Both the position numbers and the translations under genes were made by a program. Positions 1 through 9,981 of a stretch of 64,000 nt of DNA are shown piece by piece (position 1 is the stretch's first letter; each line of letters starts with the position of its first letter). Origin of the DNA: Flavobacteriales bacterium (GTDB taxonomy: Bacteria; Bacteroidota; Bacteroidia; Flavobacteriales_D; Sanyastnellaceae); the NCBI GenBank assembly GCA_049610985.1, contig JBMZAB010000005.1:12587-76586 (forward strand). The letters run 5' to 3'. The notes under the pieces were generated by a model. The model had not been told where the DNA came from and did not search any database. It saw only the letters and a list, made by a program, of their open reading frames with translations.

Positions 1-318
1 GACACCCCCAGCGTGGTGGTGGTTCCCCTGCATGCCGGTTCAGGCATGCGCATCAAAATTGCAGAAGCTCTGGCCGCAGGGCGCCCAATTGTAACGACCA
101 CAAAAGGCATGACTGGGCTCCCTCTGGAACACGAGGAACATGTCATGGTGGCCGACACCGCTGAAGACTTCGCAGCGGCGCTGGTCGACCTGCTTTCTGA
201 CGGCGCCAAAGCGACAGCCATGGGCCAACGCGGCCGGGCCTGGGCCCAAGTCAACTTGCAGCACCGCGCCCGGGCGGAACAGTTGACCGCGTTCCTCGAA
301 CAATTGGTGGCCTCGTGA
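1..318 (+). CDS. glycosyltransferase family 1/4, C-terminal fragment (5' end upstream of window)
   Basis: Frame is open from the window edge to TGA at 316-318. Translation ...PLHAGSGMRIKIAEALAAGRPIVTT...EHVMVADTAEDFAAAL matches the C-terminal GT-B group-1 region. The stop overlaps the next GT start (GTGA). Confidence 0.7.
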   Translation, partial: DTPSVVVVPLHAGSGMRIKIAEALAAGRPIVTTTKGMTGLPLEHEEHVMVADTAEDFAAALVDLLSDGAKATAMGQRGRAWAQVNLQHRARAEQLTAFLEQLVAS

Positions 319-1505
319 ACATCCTGGTCATCGCTTCCCGGGTTCCCTTTCCCCTCGAAAAAGGAGACAAGCTGAGGCTCTACCACCAACTGAAGCACCT
401 GTCATCCAGGCATACCCTGACGCTGTGCGCCCTTCAAGACCACGCGCTGACCGAGACGCAACTGGAAGTTCTTCGCCCGCTCGCCCAGCACATCCACGTG
501 CTGCGCACCCCCGCCTCAAGAAAGCTGTGGCGCATGATGTGGGCTTGGACGTCGGAGTTGCCTTTTCAAGTGACCTGGTTCACCGATCGCAGGGCCAAAC
601 GCCAACTCGAACGCATCGTCGCAGACACGCAACCTGACCTTATTTACTGCCAACTTGTGCGGTGTGCTGAATACGTGAAGGACTTGCACGCATACCCCAA
701 AGTCTTGGATTACATGGACGCATTCAGCGCGGGCATGCACCGCCGGAGCCACCAGGAAAAAGGGCCTTGGGGCTTGATTCGACAGGCTGTGATGCGGGCA
801 GAGGGCATGCGCTTGGCGAGGCATGAGTCGCGTACGTTCGACTATTTCGACGCGCACACCATCATTTCTGAAAACGACCGGCTTCTGATTCCTCACCTGC
901 ACCGCGACACCATTCGCATTGTGCCCAACGGCGTCGACCTGGACGCATTCGGCGCTTCGGAACCTGCCGCTCCCGACGTGCCCACCCTGTTGTTCACAGG
1001 AAACATGTCGTACGCGCCCAACGTGGACGCAGCACAGCATTTGGTGAAGGACATCCTGCCCAGGGTTCAAACGCGCCCCATCCGTGTGGTCCTTGCCGGT
1101 GCAGAACCAGCTTCAAGCGTGACGGCCCTCGCCAGCGACGAGGTGACTGTCACAGGATGGGTGGACGACATCGCCGCAGAATACAGGCGCTCCACACTCT
1201 TTGTCGCGCCACTTCGCCTGGGCACCGGCCTGCAAAACAAGGTGCTTGAAGCCATGGCCTCTGCCTTGCCTTGTGTCCTCTCGCCACATGCCTTTGCGCC
1301 CTTGGGGATGCCAGCCCACGGGCATGCGGAGATTTGCGACCAGCCCGATGCGTTTGCCGCGGGCATCGACCGACTTCTGGCCCACCCTGAACAAGCCCAA
1401 GACATGGCACGCATGGCGCAACAGGAAGTGAAACGCAAATTCGCGTGGACGACCCATGGCGAGACGCTCAACAGAGTCCTGCAAGACGCTGTGGCCCCAC
1501 ATTGA
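315..1505 (+). CDS. glycosyltransferase family 4 (GT-B, group 1)
   Basis: 396-aa ORF with a GTG start. N-terminus MNILVIASRVPFPLEKGDKLRLYH and C-terminal ...GTGLQNKVLEAMASALPCV are typical of group-1 glycosyltransferases. Confidence 0.85.
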   Translation: MNILVIASRVPFPLEKGDKLRLYHQLKHLSSRHTLTLCALQDHALTETQLEVLRPLAQHIHVLRTPASRKLWRMMWAWTSELPFQVTWFTDRRAKRQLERIVADTQPDLIYCQLVRCAEYVKDLHAYPKVLDYMDAFSAGMHRRSHQEKGPWGLIRQAVMRAEGMRLARHESRTFDYFDAHTIISENDRLLIPHLHRDTIRIVPNGVDLDAFGASEPAAPDVPTLLFTGNMSYAPNVDAAQHLVKDILPRVQTRPIRVVLAGAEPASSVTALASDEVTVTGWVDDIAAEYRRSTLFVAPLRLGTGLQNKVLEAMASALPCVLSPHAFAPLGMPAHGHAEICDQPDAFAAGIDRLLAHPEQAQDMARMAQQEVKRKFAWTTHGETLNRVLQDAVAPH

Positions 1506-1529
1506 CCCAATTTTCTCGACCTTAGAGAC

Positions 1530-2537
1530 ATGAAGAACCCTCCTGCCAGCCTCGCCCATCTCGACTTCGTCGCCGGCATCCCATCGCTCGACTTGAGCCA
1601 TTTCACTCATGGCACGGAAGCTCAGCGCACCCAATTTGTGCACGACCTCGGCACAGCGTACCGGGAAGTTGGGTTCGTGGCCATCGGAGGCCACGGCATA
1701 CCACAGGACGTGATTGACGGGTTGTACAGCGAGGCAGAAGCGTTCTTTGCCCTGCCCGCCGAGACCAAAGCGCAGCACGAACACCCGGAGCACAACAGGC
1801 AACGTGGATTTGTCAGTTTCGGGACAGAGCACGCCAAAGACAGCGACGCGGCCGACCTGAAGGAGTTCTGGCAAGTTGGACAGTGTGACGTTCCGAAGGG
1901 TGCGGACATGAAACACTATCCTCCCAACGCCGTCGTCGCCGAACGCCCTCAGTTGTCGGTCAAGTCCGAGGCGCTGTTCCGAAGCATGGAGGCCGTTGGA
2001 CGGGATGTGTTGAAGGCGATCGCGTTGCACTTGGATTTGGAGGAGGATTACTTCGAGGCCTACGTCCCAGGCGGAAACAGCATCCTGCGGCTGATCCACT
2101 ACCCTCCGATCTTGCAGGAACCGAAGTCCAGCGTCCGCGCCGGTCAGCATGAGGACATCAACCTGATCACATTGTTGGTGGGCGCGTCCGCTTCTGGCTT
2201 GGAAGTGATGGACACCGCAGGGAACTGGACCCCTGTAACCGCCCTTCCCAACCAACTTGTGGTCAACGTGGGCGACATGCTTCAACGGCTCACAAACCAA
2301 GAGCTCAAGTCGACCACCCACCGTGTCGTCAACCCACCACGTGAATTGTGGGGCAAGCCCCGCTTCAGCATGCCTTTCTTCTGCCACCCTGTGCCGCACA
2401 TGAGTTTGGATGCACTGGAACAATGCGTGCCTGCTGGAGAAGCCCCCAAGGAAGCCCCCATCACCGCCGGGGCCTACCTCGCAGAACGCCTCCGAGAGAT
2501 CGGCCTCGTCCGCGACGACGCTTCTGAAAAAGAGTGA
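1530..2537 (+). CDS. 2-oxoglutarate/Fe(II)-dependent oxygenase (isopenicillin-N-synthase-like)
   Basis: 335 aa. H-x-D facial-triad context AGQHEDINLITLL, distal His in KSTTHRVVNP, and RFSMPFF near the C-terminus. Confidence 0.85.
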   Translation: MKNPPASLAHLDFVAGIPSLDLSHFTHGTEAQRTQFVHDLGTAYREVGFVAIGGHGIPQDVIDGLYSEAEAFFALPAETKAQHEHPEHNRQRGFVSFGTEHAKDSDAADLKEFWQVGQCDVPKGADMKHYPPNAVVAERPQLSVKSEALFRSMEAVGRDVLKAIALHLDLEEDYFEAYVPGGNSILRLIHYPPILQEPKSSVRAGQHEDINLITLLVGASASGLEVMDTAGNWTPVTALPNQLVVNVGDMLQRLTNQELKSTTHRVVNPPRELWGKPRFSMPFFCHPVPHMSLDALEQCVPAGEAPKEAPITAGAYLAERLREIGLVRDDASEKE

Positions 2538-2610
2538 AGCCCTGTGGGCGTTCAAATTTCTTGACAGTTTCCGGGGAGAACATCGCGCTCGCCCGTTCGT
2601 TCTTTGGGAC

Positions 2611-4107
2611 ATGCAGTGGTCTTCTCTTCTCCAATGTTCTGCCGCTGGGGCGGCATGTGGTTTGACTTTCGGCCTGATGTCGTGGTTGGATTCCCCCACA
2701 ACGCCCTCCACCTCCACCGTGTACGCCACGTCCCACGCCTGGACGCCCAGACCCGGGAGCGTCGCCATCTCGGCGAAGCCTGCCACCAACACCCCACTCT
2801 CGGACGACGCATTTGGCAGGGCGGCGCAGTCGTCCGTAGACGCCGTGGTCCACGTGCAAACCGCCGCGGTCGTCCCGACCCAGAGCAACCCGTGGTTGAG
2901 CATGTTGGGGATGGACCAAGGCCGGGTGGCGCAGGGCTCTGGGAGTGGCGTCATCCTCGACAGCCAAGGATGGATCGTCACGAACCACCACGTCATCGAC
3001 GGGGCCCAACGCATCCAAGTGGCCCTCTCTGATGGTTCCACCATGGAGGCGAAATTGATCGGCAGCGACCCGAGCACCGATTTGGCACTTCTCAAGACCA
3101 CCGCCTCGGGGGGACTGCCCACACTCGAATTTGGCAACTCGGACGAAGTGAACGTGGGCGAGTGGGTGCTTGCGGTGGGCAATCCGTTGAATTTGACCTC
3201 GACGGTGACGGCAGGCATTGTCAGCGCCAAAGGGCGGAACCTGCGGCTGTTGGAGCCGGATGCCAGACGAGACATCTACCCTGTGGAAAGTTTCTTGCAA
3301 ACCGACGCCGCAGTCAATCCCGGAAACAGCGGCGGTGCGTTGGTCAACCTGGATGGAAAGTTGATTGGCATCAACACGGCCATCGCATCTCAAACCGGGA
3401 GCTATGCGGGATACTCGTTCGCCATCCCGTCCTCCATTGTCCGCAAGGTGGTCGACGATTTGCGTGAATTCGGCCGCGTTCAACGGGCCTACCTCGGCAT
3501 CCAAGTCGACCAACGCGACCCGGGCGTCCGGGTGGCTGGCGTGTACCGAGGGAGCGGGGCCAGCGCAGCGGGCCTGCAACCCGGCGACCGCATCGAAGCC
3601 ATCGACGGCATCCCGGTGTCAAGCTTCCCAGCGCTCCAAGAGCAGTTGTCCAAACACCGTCCCGGCGCACGCATCGCCGTACAGATTCGCCGCGATGGAC
3701 AGCGCGTTCAAAAACAAGTGGAACTCCATGGGCGAGAAGCTTTGGCTTCTGCCAACGCACCATCCCCAATCACCAAGCCCGCCGAGGGCGCCGTGACTGG
3801 AGCAGCCAATGAAGAAGAATTCATCACCAACTGGGAGGTCCAACTCGAGCCGGCATCGGCCCAAGTCCAAACGCGTTTGGACGTTCGAGGGGGACTCGTT
3901 GTCACAGCCATACGACCTGGCCTATGGTCGGACGAAGGCATCCGTCGCGGAGCGGTGCTTCTGCGTTTGGATGGCGAACCGCTTCAATCTGAGGAAGACT
4001 TGACCGAGGCCTTGACACGGGCGAGAAAAGCCGGGCAACGCGGCGTCTTGTTGGAGGGCGTTCAGGCCAATGGCCAGCAGTTCTACGCCGGGGTCCCGCT
4101 CCCCTGA
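2611..4107 (+). CDS. HtrA/DegP/DegQ-family periplasmic serine protease with PDZ domains
   Basis: Triad contexts TNHHVIDGA (His), DLALLK (Asp), NPGNSGGALVN (Ser), followed by PDZ-like segments. The track ORF starts at 2410 and overlaps the previous gene, so the ATG at 2611 is preferred (hydrophobic N-terminus). Confidence 0.9.
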   Translation: MQWSSLLQCSAAGAACGLTFGLMSWLDSPTTPSTSTVYATSHAWTPRPGSVAISAKPATNTPLSDDAFGRAAQSSVDAVVHVQTAAVVPTQSNPWLSMLGMDQGRVAQGSGSGVILDSQGWIVTNHHVIDGAQRIQVALSDGSTMEAKLIGSDPSTDLALLKTTASGGLPTLEFGNSDEVNVGEWVLAVGNPLNLTSTVTAGIVSAKGRNLRLLEPDARRDIYPVESFLQTDAAVNPGNSGGALVNLDGKLIGINTAIASQTGSYAGYSFAIPSSIVRKVVDDLREFGRVQRAYLGIQVDQRDPGVRVAGVYRGSGASAAGLQPGDRIEAIDGIPVSSFPALQEQLSKHRPGARIAVQIRRDGQRVQKQVELHGREALASANAPSPITKPAEGAVTGAANEEEFITNWEVQLEPASAQVQTRLDVRGGLVVTAIRPGLWSDEGIRRGAVLLRLDGEPLQSEEDLTEALTRARKAGQRGVLLEGVQANGQQFYAGVPLP

Positions 4108-4184
4108 GGTCACTCAGCCCCTCCAGCCCCGCTCTGGTGCCCCGCGGTGCCCTGCACGTCCCTGCGTTGCGGTACCCTTGTGTC

Positions 4185-4778
4185 ATGCACCTTCCTCTCT
4201 TTCCATTGCGCATGTTGCCTTTGCCTGGGGAATTTGTGGAACTCCACGTCTTCGAACCCCGTTATCTGCGGCTGTTCAATGAGTTGGAGAACATGGAGTT
4301 GGTGGAATTCGGGATTCCCTGCGCCCACGAGGGTCAAATCCGACGCACCGGCGCCGTCATGCGCCTGGTGAATGTCTCTCGGCGCGAGGCCAATGGACGA
4401 CGTGATGTGACCGTGAAAGCCACGGGCTTGTTCAGACTGGAGTCTTTGGACATGAGGGACGGTCAACTTGCCTATCCCCTCGGAGAAACCGCCGACGTGC
4501 CGGACTGGAAAAGTTGGACCCTGGACGAGGATTGCCGGGCGGTGCGAGACACACTGGTGGGCCTGATGGTGGTCCACGGCTTGGATCCGAAACCCTTGGA
4601 GCAAGAGGGACTCATTGCGGTGTTGACCCATTTGGAACGAGACCCTGTGCAGCGGGCTGAAATTTTAGAAGGCCCCAACCTGGAAGAGATGCAACTCCGC
4701 TTGAAACAACACCTCGAGTTGGCCGTGCAAATCCTGACACAAAACCCCCAAGACGACGCCAACTTTTTCGTGAACTGA
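4185..4778 (+). CDS. LON N-terminal (substrate-binding) domain-only protein
   Basis: MHLPLFPLRMLPLPGEFVELHVFEPRYLRLF is the hallmark start of LON-N/PUA-like domain proteins. There is no AAA+ or protease part. The ATG at 4185 is preferred over 4137. Confidence 0.75.
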   Translation: MHLPLFPLRMLPLPGEFVELHVFEPRYLRLFNELENMELVEFGIPCAHEGQIRRTGAVMRLVNVSRREANGRRDVTVKATGLFRLESLDMRDGQLAYPLGETADVPDWKSWTLDEDCRAVRDTLVGLMVVHGLDPKPLEQEGLIAVLTHLERDPVQRAEILEGPNLEEMQLRLKQHLELAVQILTQNPQDDANFFVN

Positions 4779-4795
4779 CCCTGTATCTTTGGGTC

Positions 4796-5605
4796 ATGAA
4801 GATGCAATCAAGATGGCCCATGATGGCCATGGCGGCAGCCCTGGGATTGTGGGCGTGCGGAGACAACCAAGGAAGCCAAACGCTGAATGCAGGCGCAGCT
4901 TCATCTGCCGAGGTATTTGGAGGCCCGACAGGCGCCACCGACTTGCGCGTTCCTGACTTGGAATTCCACCCTGAACTCGACCCCCTCAAAGTCACCACCG
5001 CCGGAGACAACCTGGTGACCTTCATGTCCAAAGACTCGTCCGACGTCGTCCTGGGCGACTTGTACAACTACTTCCACTTTTCCAACGTCGGCGAATGGGA
5101 CGCCATGTTTGAGCACTTCCCCTCGCACCGCACGGAAGACACCGCCATGGTGCGCATGCAACGCGAGATGATGGACAAGTGGTTCCACAAAGGCCTTCGC
5201 AACCGCGCTGGTGGGGCGCACATCCGCTACGTCAGCCCATGGGTGGAGGAAGAAGACCAGCGCGTCGCGCTGCTGGGCCTGGACCTCAACTACTTCCTCG
5301 ATTTCTTCGAAAATTTCGAAGGCAACCCCGAGGGCATGCGCCTCTCGTTGCAAGACCAATACGGCCGTGACGCCATCGAGTGGCATGAGTTTGACCAAAT
5401 CGACGAGGGCGACACCGCCCTGATCCGGCAGTTTGAGGTGAATGCCGAGATCGTGATGTACGCGTTGAGTTCGCACGACAGCCTTCACTGCACATTCCTC
5501 CCTCCTCAAATCAGCAAGTCGCCCAAGCTCGCGGCCGAGATGATGGACAACGAGACCATGCTCACTTTGCTCCGCCACAAGCGCGAGCACTACGACAAGA
5601 ACTGA
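4796..5605 (+). CDS. hypothetical lipoprotein
   Basis: Lipoprotein-type signal MKMQSRWPMMAMAAALGLWAC|GDNQ. 269 aa with no recognisable motif. Confidence 0.6.
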   Translation: MKMQSRWPMMAMAAALGLWACGDNQGSQTLNAGAASSAEVFGGPTGATDLRVPDLEFHPELDPLKVTTAGDNLVTFMSKDSSDVVLGDLYNYFHFSNVGEWDAMFEHFPSHRTEDTAMVRMQREMMDKWFHKGLRNRAGGAHIRYVSPWVEEEDQRVALLGLDLNYFLDFFENFEGNPEGMRLSLQDQYGRDAIEWHEFDQIDEGDTALIRQFEVNAEIVMYALSSHDSLHCTFLPPQISKSPKLAAEMMDNETMLTLLRHKREHYDKN

Positions 5606-5618
5606 GCGTCGACGTCCC

Positions 5619-6527
5619 ATGCAAATTCGCGCCACCAACGAATGGGCCAACCTCAAGAAGGTGGTCGTCGGCACCGCCCAGTCGATGGGAGGCACGCCTG
5701 CGTTGGAGGAGGCTTACGATCCCAAGTCCAAGGAGCACATTGCCGCAGGCACCTTCCCGACGGAAGCCGACTGCGTTTGTGAATTGGACGCCTTGGCCAC
5801 ACTCCTGCAAAGCATGAACGTGGAGGTTCTTCGTCCCCGTGTGGTGCCTGATTTGAACCAAATTTTTGCCCGCGATGTGGGCATCGTGGTGGAAGATCGC
5901 CTGGTGGCCACCCGCATGATCGCAGACCGGGCGGACGAATGGCAAGGCGTCGCCCCCTTGCTTGCAGACGTGCCGGACTCCCACATTCTTCACCCTCCCT
6001 CGGGTGTGCGCGTGGAAGGCGGCGACGTGATGCCCCGAGACGGCGAGCTTTGGGTGGGCTACAGCGCGCCAGGCGACTTCGACGCATTCACCACGGCGCG
6101 GACCAACGAAGCCGCCTTGGATTGGCTGTCGGATCAATTCCCAGATTGGAACGTGCGGGGTTTTCAACTGCAGAAGTCCGACACGGACCCCAAGGCCAAT
6201 GCGCTTCATTTGGACTGCTGCCTCAGCACGTTGGCCGGAGGTCACGCCGTGTTTCACCCTGAAGGATTGAAATTGGCTGACGACGTGGCCTTCGTTCGCG
6301 ACACCTTTCAAGGTCACATCCTTGAAGTGGGCGCCGACGAGATGTACCACATGCAGTGCAATTTGATCTCTGTGACTCCGGAAGACGTGGTGTCTTGTCC
6401 TCCTTTTGAACCCTTGAACCGACAACTGGAAGCGTGGGGCTACCGGGTTCAGACGACACCCCTTCAAGAAACCGCCAAAATGGAAGGCCTCTTGCGTTGC
6501 GTCACCATGCCTTTGCACCGGGATTGA
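5619..6527 (+). CDS. amidinotransferase/DDAH-like enzyme (guanidino-group-modifying superfamily)
   Basis: 302 aa. The C-terminal catalytic-Cys context EGLLRCVTMPLHRD and an internal ...VEGGDVMP... segment are typical of the arginine deiminase/DDAH/amidinotransferase fold. Confidence 0.75.
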   Translation: MQIRATNEWANLKKVVVGTAQSMGGTPALEEAYDPKSKEHIAAGTFPTEADCVCELDALATLLQSMNVEVLRPRVVPDLNQIFARDVGIVVEDRLVATRMIADRADEWQGVAPLLADVPDSHILHPPSGVRVEGGDVMPRDGELWVGYSAPGDFDAFTTARTNEAALDWLSDQFPDWNVRGFQLQKSDTDPKANALHLDCCLSTLAGGHAVFHPEGLKLADDVAFVRDTFQGHILEVGADEMYHMQCNLISVTPEDVVSCPPFEPLNRQLEAWGYRVQTTPLQETAKMEGLLRCVTMPLHRD

Positions 6528-6548
6528 ACTTTTGAACCTACCCTTGAC

Positions 6549-7511
6549 ATGAGCCACCCTGCCCAAAGCACCTGCCACATTTTGATGGTTCGGCCTGCGA
6601 CATTCCGCAAGAACGAGGAAACCGCAGGCAACAACCACTACCAACAGGACGCCCAGATCGACGACGTGCACCAAGCGGCCCTTGACGAATTCGACGGCAT
6701 GGTGGACGATTTGCGCGGACGCGGCGTGAACGTCATGGTGGTGGAGGACGACCCCTCGACGGACACGCCAGACGCGCTGTTCCCCAACAACTGGGTGTCG
6801 TTCCACGCCGACGGCCGCGTGGGGCTGTACCCCATGTTTGCGCCCAACCGTCGCTTGGAGCGCAGGGAAGACATCCTCCACGACTTGGTCCACGTGAATG
6901 GATTTGACCTGGATGAAATCGTGGACTTCACCGAATTTGAAGGTCACGACGCGTTCCTCGAGGGCACTGGGAGCATGGTCCTGGACCGTGTGCATGGCAA
7001 GGCCTACGCCGCCTTGAGCCCTCGCACCGACCGCGACGCCTTCGCGCATTGGTGCGAATCGATGGATTTGGAGGGCGTGATTTTCGAGGCCAACCAAACG
7101 GTCGGCGACGCGCGCATGCCCATTTACCACACCAACGTGATGATGGCGGTGGGCACCGGCTGGGCGGCCGTGTGCCTCGACTCCATCGACCACCCCGACG
7201 ACCGGGCGCTCGTGCTCGACTCCCTCCAAGAGGACGGCCTGACCGTGGTCGACCTGTCTGAAGACCAAATCAACCGCTTCGCTGGCAACATGCTCGAAGT
7301 GGCCACCGACCAAGGCGACAAACTCATCGTGATGAGCTCACGAGCCCACGACGCCCTGACCGACGACCAGCGCACCACGCTTGGGAAGTTTGGCACCCTG
7401 GTTCACAACGACTTGCACCACATCGAAACCTGTGGCGGCGGTTCCGCCCGCTGCATGATGGCGGAAGTCCACCTCCCCCGCCCTGCCCAAACCAACGACG
7501 CACACGCATGA
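6549..7511 (+). CDS. arginine-deiminase-related / citrulline-utilisation hydrolase (CtlX-like)
   Basis: 320 aa. ILMVRPATFRKNEETAGNNHYQQ at the N-terminus and a C-terminal GGGSARCMMAEV catalytic Cys context. The stop overlaps the argS ATG (ATGA at 7508-7511). Confidence 0.75.
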   Translation: MSHPAQSTCHILMVRPATFRKNEETAGNNHYQQDAQIDDVHQAALDEFDGMVDDLRGRGVNVMVVEDDPSTDTPDALFPNNWVSFHADGRVGLYPMFAPNRRLERREDILHDLVHVNGFDLDEIVDFTEFEGHDAFLEGTGSMVLDRVHGKAYAALSPRTDRDAFAHWCESMDLEGVIFEANQTVGDARMPIYHTNVMMAVGTGWAAVCLDSIDHPDDRALVLDSLQEDGLTVVDLSEDQINRFAGNMLEVATDQGDKLIVMSSRAHDALTDDQRTTLGKFGTLVHNDLHHIETCGGGSARCMMAEVHLPRPAQTNDAHA

Positions 7512-9301
7512 TTCACGGCATTGACGCGCGGCTGCACCAAGCCGTCCTTGACACCTTCGAAGCCACCTTTGGCAAGCGCCCCGCAGACCGTCAGATTCAA
7601 ATCCAGACAACCCGTGCCGAATTTGAAGGGGACCGCACCTTGGTGGTGTTTCCCCTCGCAGGCATGGCAGGGGCACCTCCGCACCTCGCGGCTGACACGT
7701 TGGGACAAGCCCTGACTGAAGCGTGCGACTGGATCTCCAGCTTCAGTGTGGTCAAAGGGTTTTTGAACCTCTCCTTGACCGACGCGTGCTGGAACGCCGC
7801 GCTCCAGGATGCGCTGACCCAATCCGATTGGGGCCACGCCCCGGCCGGCTCCAAGCCTCAGGTGATGGTGGAGTACAGCTCACCCAACACCAACAAGCCG
7901 TTGCACTTGGGCCACCTGAGGAACAACTTCCTGGGCTACAGCGTCTCCCGCATCCTCGAGGCCGCGGGCCACGACGTCAAGAAGGTGCAAATCATCAACG
8001 ACCGTGGCATTCACATCTGCAAGTCCATGGTGGCGTGGCAGAAATTGGGGCAAGGCGAGACGCCGGCTTCGACCGGCGAAAAGGGCGACAAACTCGTGGG
8101 CCGGTACTACGTCGCGTTCGACAAGGCCTTCAAGGCTGAAGTGGCAGAAGGTGTGGCCAAAGGACTTGACCCCAAAGAAGCGGAGGCGGCCAGCCCAATG
8201 CTGCAAGAAGCCCGCGCGATGTTGCAGCGCTGGGAAGAAGGCGACGAGGAGGTCGTGGCGCTTTGGAAAACCATGAATGGCTGGGTGTACGACGGCTTCG
8301 ACGAGACCTACAACGCCATGGGCGTGTCGTTCGACAAGCTCTACTACGAATCGGACACCTACCTCCTTGGCAAAAAGCATGTGGAACAGGGCTTGGCCGA
8401 CGGGGTGTTCTTCCAAAAAGAGGACGGCTCCATCTGGGTGGACCTCACCGACGACGGCCTGGATGAAAAGCTCCTGCTCCGTGGAGACGGCACCGCGGTC
8501 TACATGACCCAAGACATCGGCACCGCCATCCTCCGCTTCGCAGACTTCCCCGGCCTCGACCGCCAGGTGTACACCGTGGGCAACGAACAGGAATACCACT
8601 TCAAGGTGCTGTTCTTGATCCTCAAGAAACTTGGATTCGCCCAAGCGGAGGCCAACCACCACCTCAGCTACGGCATGGTGGAACTGCCCGAAGGCAAGAT
8701 GAAGTCCCGCGAAGGCACCGTGGTCGACGCGGACGACCTGTTGCTGGAAATGCGCGACACGGCGCGCAGCATCTCTGACGAGCTCGGCAAGGTGGACGAC
8801 TTCGGCGAAGACGACAAGGCAGAGCTGGCCACCAAAGTGGGACACGGCGCACTGAAGTACTTCCTTTTGAAGGTCGCCCCGCCCAAGTCCATGATGTTCG
8901 ACCCCAAGAGCAGCATCGACTTCTTTGGCAACACGGCGCCTTTCATCCAGTTCAACGTGGTGCGGTGCAAGAGCATCTTGCGCAACGCCTCAACCTCGCC
9001 TTCCACACTGACGTGGGACCAGACCACCCCGCTGGACGCTTCTGAGCGCCAATTGGCCGCAGGCGTCCTCGGATTCCCGGACGTGGTCCAAGAGGCCGCC
9101 GCCAGCTACGACCCTTCGCTCATCGCGAACCACTGTTACGACCTGATCAAAGCCTTCTCCAGCTTCTACCAAGACCACCCCATTGCCAAAGAAGAAGACG
9201 CCGCAACCCGTCAGGCCCGACTTGGCTTGACCGCTTTGGTCAGCGAAACCGTCTCCAACGGCATGGCCATGCTCGGCATCGACATGCCCGAGCGCATGTG
9301 A
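7508..9301 (+). CDS. argS: arginine--tRNA ligase
   Basis: 597 aa. Class-I HIGH motif in SSPNTNKPLHLGHLRNN, and a conserved C-terminal anticodon-binding (DALR) region ending ...GIDMPERM. Confidence 0.95.
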   Translation: MIHGIDARLHQAVLDTFEATFGKRPADRQIQIQTTRAEFEGDRTLVVFPLAGMAGAPPHLAADTLGQALTEACDWISSFSVVKGFLNLSLTDACWNAALQDALTQSDWGHAPAGSKPQVMVEYSSPNTNKPLHLGHLRNNFLGYSVSRILEAAGHDVKKVQIINDRGIHICKSMVAWQKLGQGETPASTGEKGDKLVGRYYVAFDKAFKAEVAEGVAKGLDPKEAEAASPMLQEARAMLQRWEEGDEEVVALWKTMNGWVYDGFDETYNAMGVSFDKLYYESDTYLLGKKHVEQGLADGVFFQKEDGSIWVDLTDDGLDEKLLLRGDGTAVYMTQDIGTAILRFADFPGLDRQVYTVGNEQEYHFKVLFLILKKLGFAQAEANHHLSYGMVELPEGKMKSREGTVVDADDLLLEMRDTARSISDELGKVDDFGEDDKAELATKVGHGALKYFLLKVAPPKSMMFDPKSSIDFFGNTAPFIQFNVVRCKSILRNASTSPSTLTWDQTTPLDASERQLAAGVLGFPDVVQEAAASYDPSLIANHCYDLIKAFSSFYQDHPIAKEEDAATRQARLGLTALVSETVSNGMAMLGIDMPERM

Positions 9302-9304
9302 GGC

Positions 9305-9664
9305 TCAGCCTTTGCGCTGCAACCGCCGCTCCGTGCGGTGACCCTCGCACGCCATGCGTATGGTGACACTTTCCGTGCCATCTGGCACTGCCACACTCCA
9401 GGCGTGGACACCCACTTCAAGCGCTCCCTCATGAACCGCGGTGTCGTGATCGTCCTTGTGGAGGCTCAACACCACCTCTCCGGCACGCACAACACGAAGG
9501 TGAATGTCCACCACGCCGCCGGACCACAGCGCCCCCTCTCCTTCCCAGTCCGCAGCCACCGGGGGCGGCACGCCCTTTCCGAAGGAGGCCCGCATGCGAT
9601 GCCACAAGACATAGAGAAGCATGGCCAACAGGCCCACCAACATCGTCCACTGAAGCGTCTGCAT
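9305..9664 (-). CDS. hypothetical small membrane-anchored protein
   Basis: 119 aa with an N-terminal TM helix (WTMLVGLLAMLLYVLW) followed by a beta-rich region. Sits 11 nt downstream of the DUF493 gene on the same strand. No motif support. Confidence 0.45.
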   Translation of the reverse strand: MQTLQWTMLVGLLAMLLYVLWHRMRASFGKGVPPPVAADWEGEGALWSGGVVDIHLRVVRAGEVVLSLHKDDHDTAVHEGALEVGVHAWSVAVPDGTESVTIRMACEGHRTERRLQRKG

Positions 9665-9675
9665 GGAGCTGGCGG

Positions 9676-9981
9676 TCAGAGGGAGAAAATGCCTGGAATC
9701 TTGGACGCGGCCTCGTAGCGGGCAAAGATGTCGTCAGGCCCCGTCACCTTCTCGTCCACCGTCACAGCGCGGTAGTTCCCCTTGGAAGATTCCCGCACTT
9801 GGAACGCGGCCTTGGTGCCAAAAATGGCGCGAAGCGACGCCTCGTTCTCAGGCTTGGCCGGCACAATGAACTTGAACTTGAACACACACGGCCAGGTGTG
9901 GGTGTCGTTCAATTGTTGACGCAGCTGTTCGCGTTTTTCGTCGTCTTGAGGGGTCATATTTCCAGGAACTTGGGGGGACAA
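9676..9981 (-). CDS. DUF493/YbeD-like small protein
   Basis: WPCVFKFKFIV... and ...SSKGNYRAVTV... match the YbeD-family pattern. An alternative ATG lies at 9957. Confidence 0.7.
   Translation of the reverse strand: MSPQVPGNMTPQDDEKREQLRQQLNDTHTWPCVFKFKFIVPAKPENEASLRAIFGTKAAFQVRESSKGNYRAVTVDEKVTGPDDIFARYEAASKIPGIFSL

Noticed and set aside
1113-3275. 720-aa minus-strand ORF opposite the GT, 2OG-oxygenase and HtrA genes
   Set aside because: Shadow ORF typical of GC-rich DNA. Its translation is Arg/Gly/His/Val-rich with no motifs, while the plus-strand products carry clear catalytic signatures.
5562-7313. 583-aa minus-strand ORF opposite the two guanidino-modifying enzyme genes
   Set aside because: Same reasoning: antisense shadow of well-supported plus-strand genes, with low-complexity translation.
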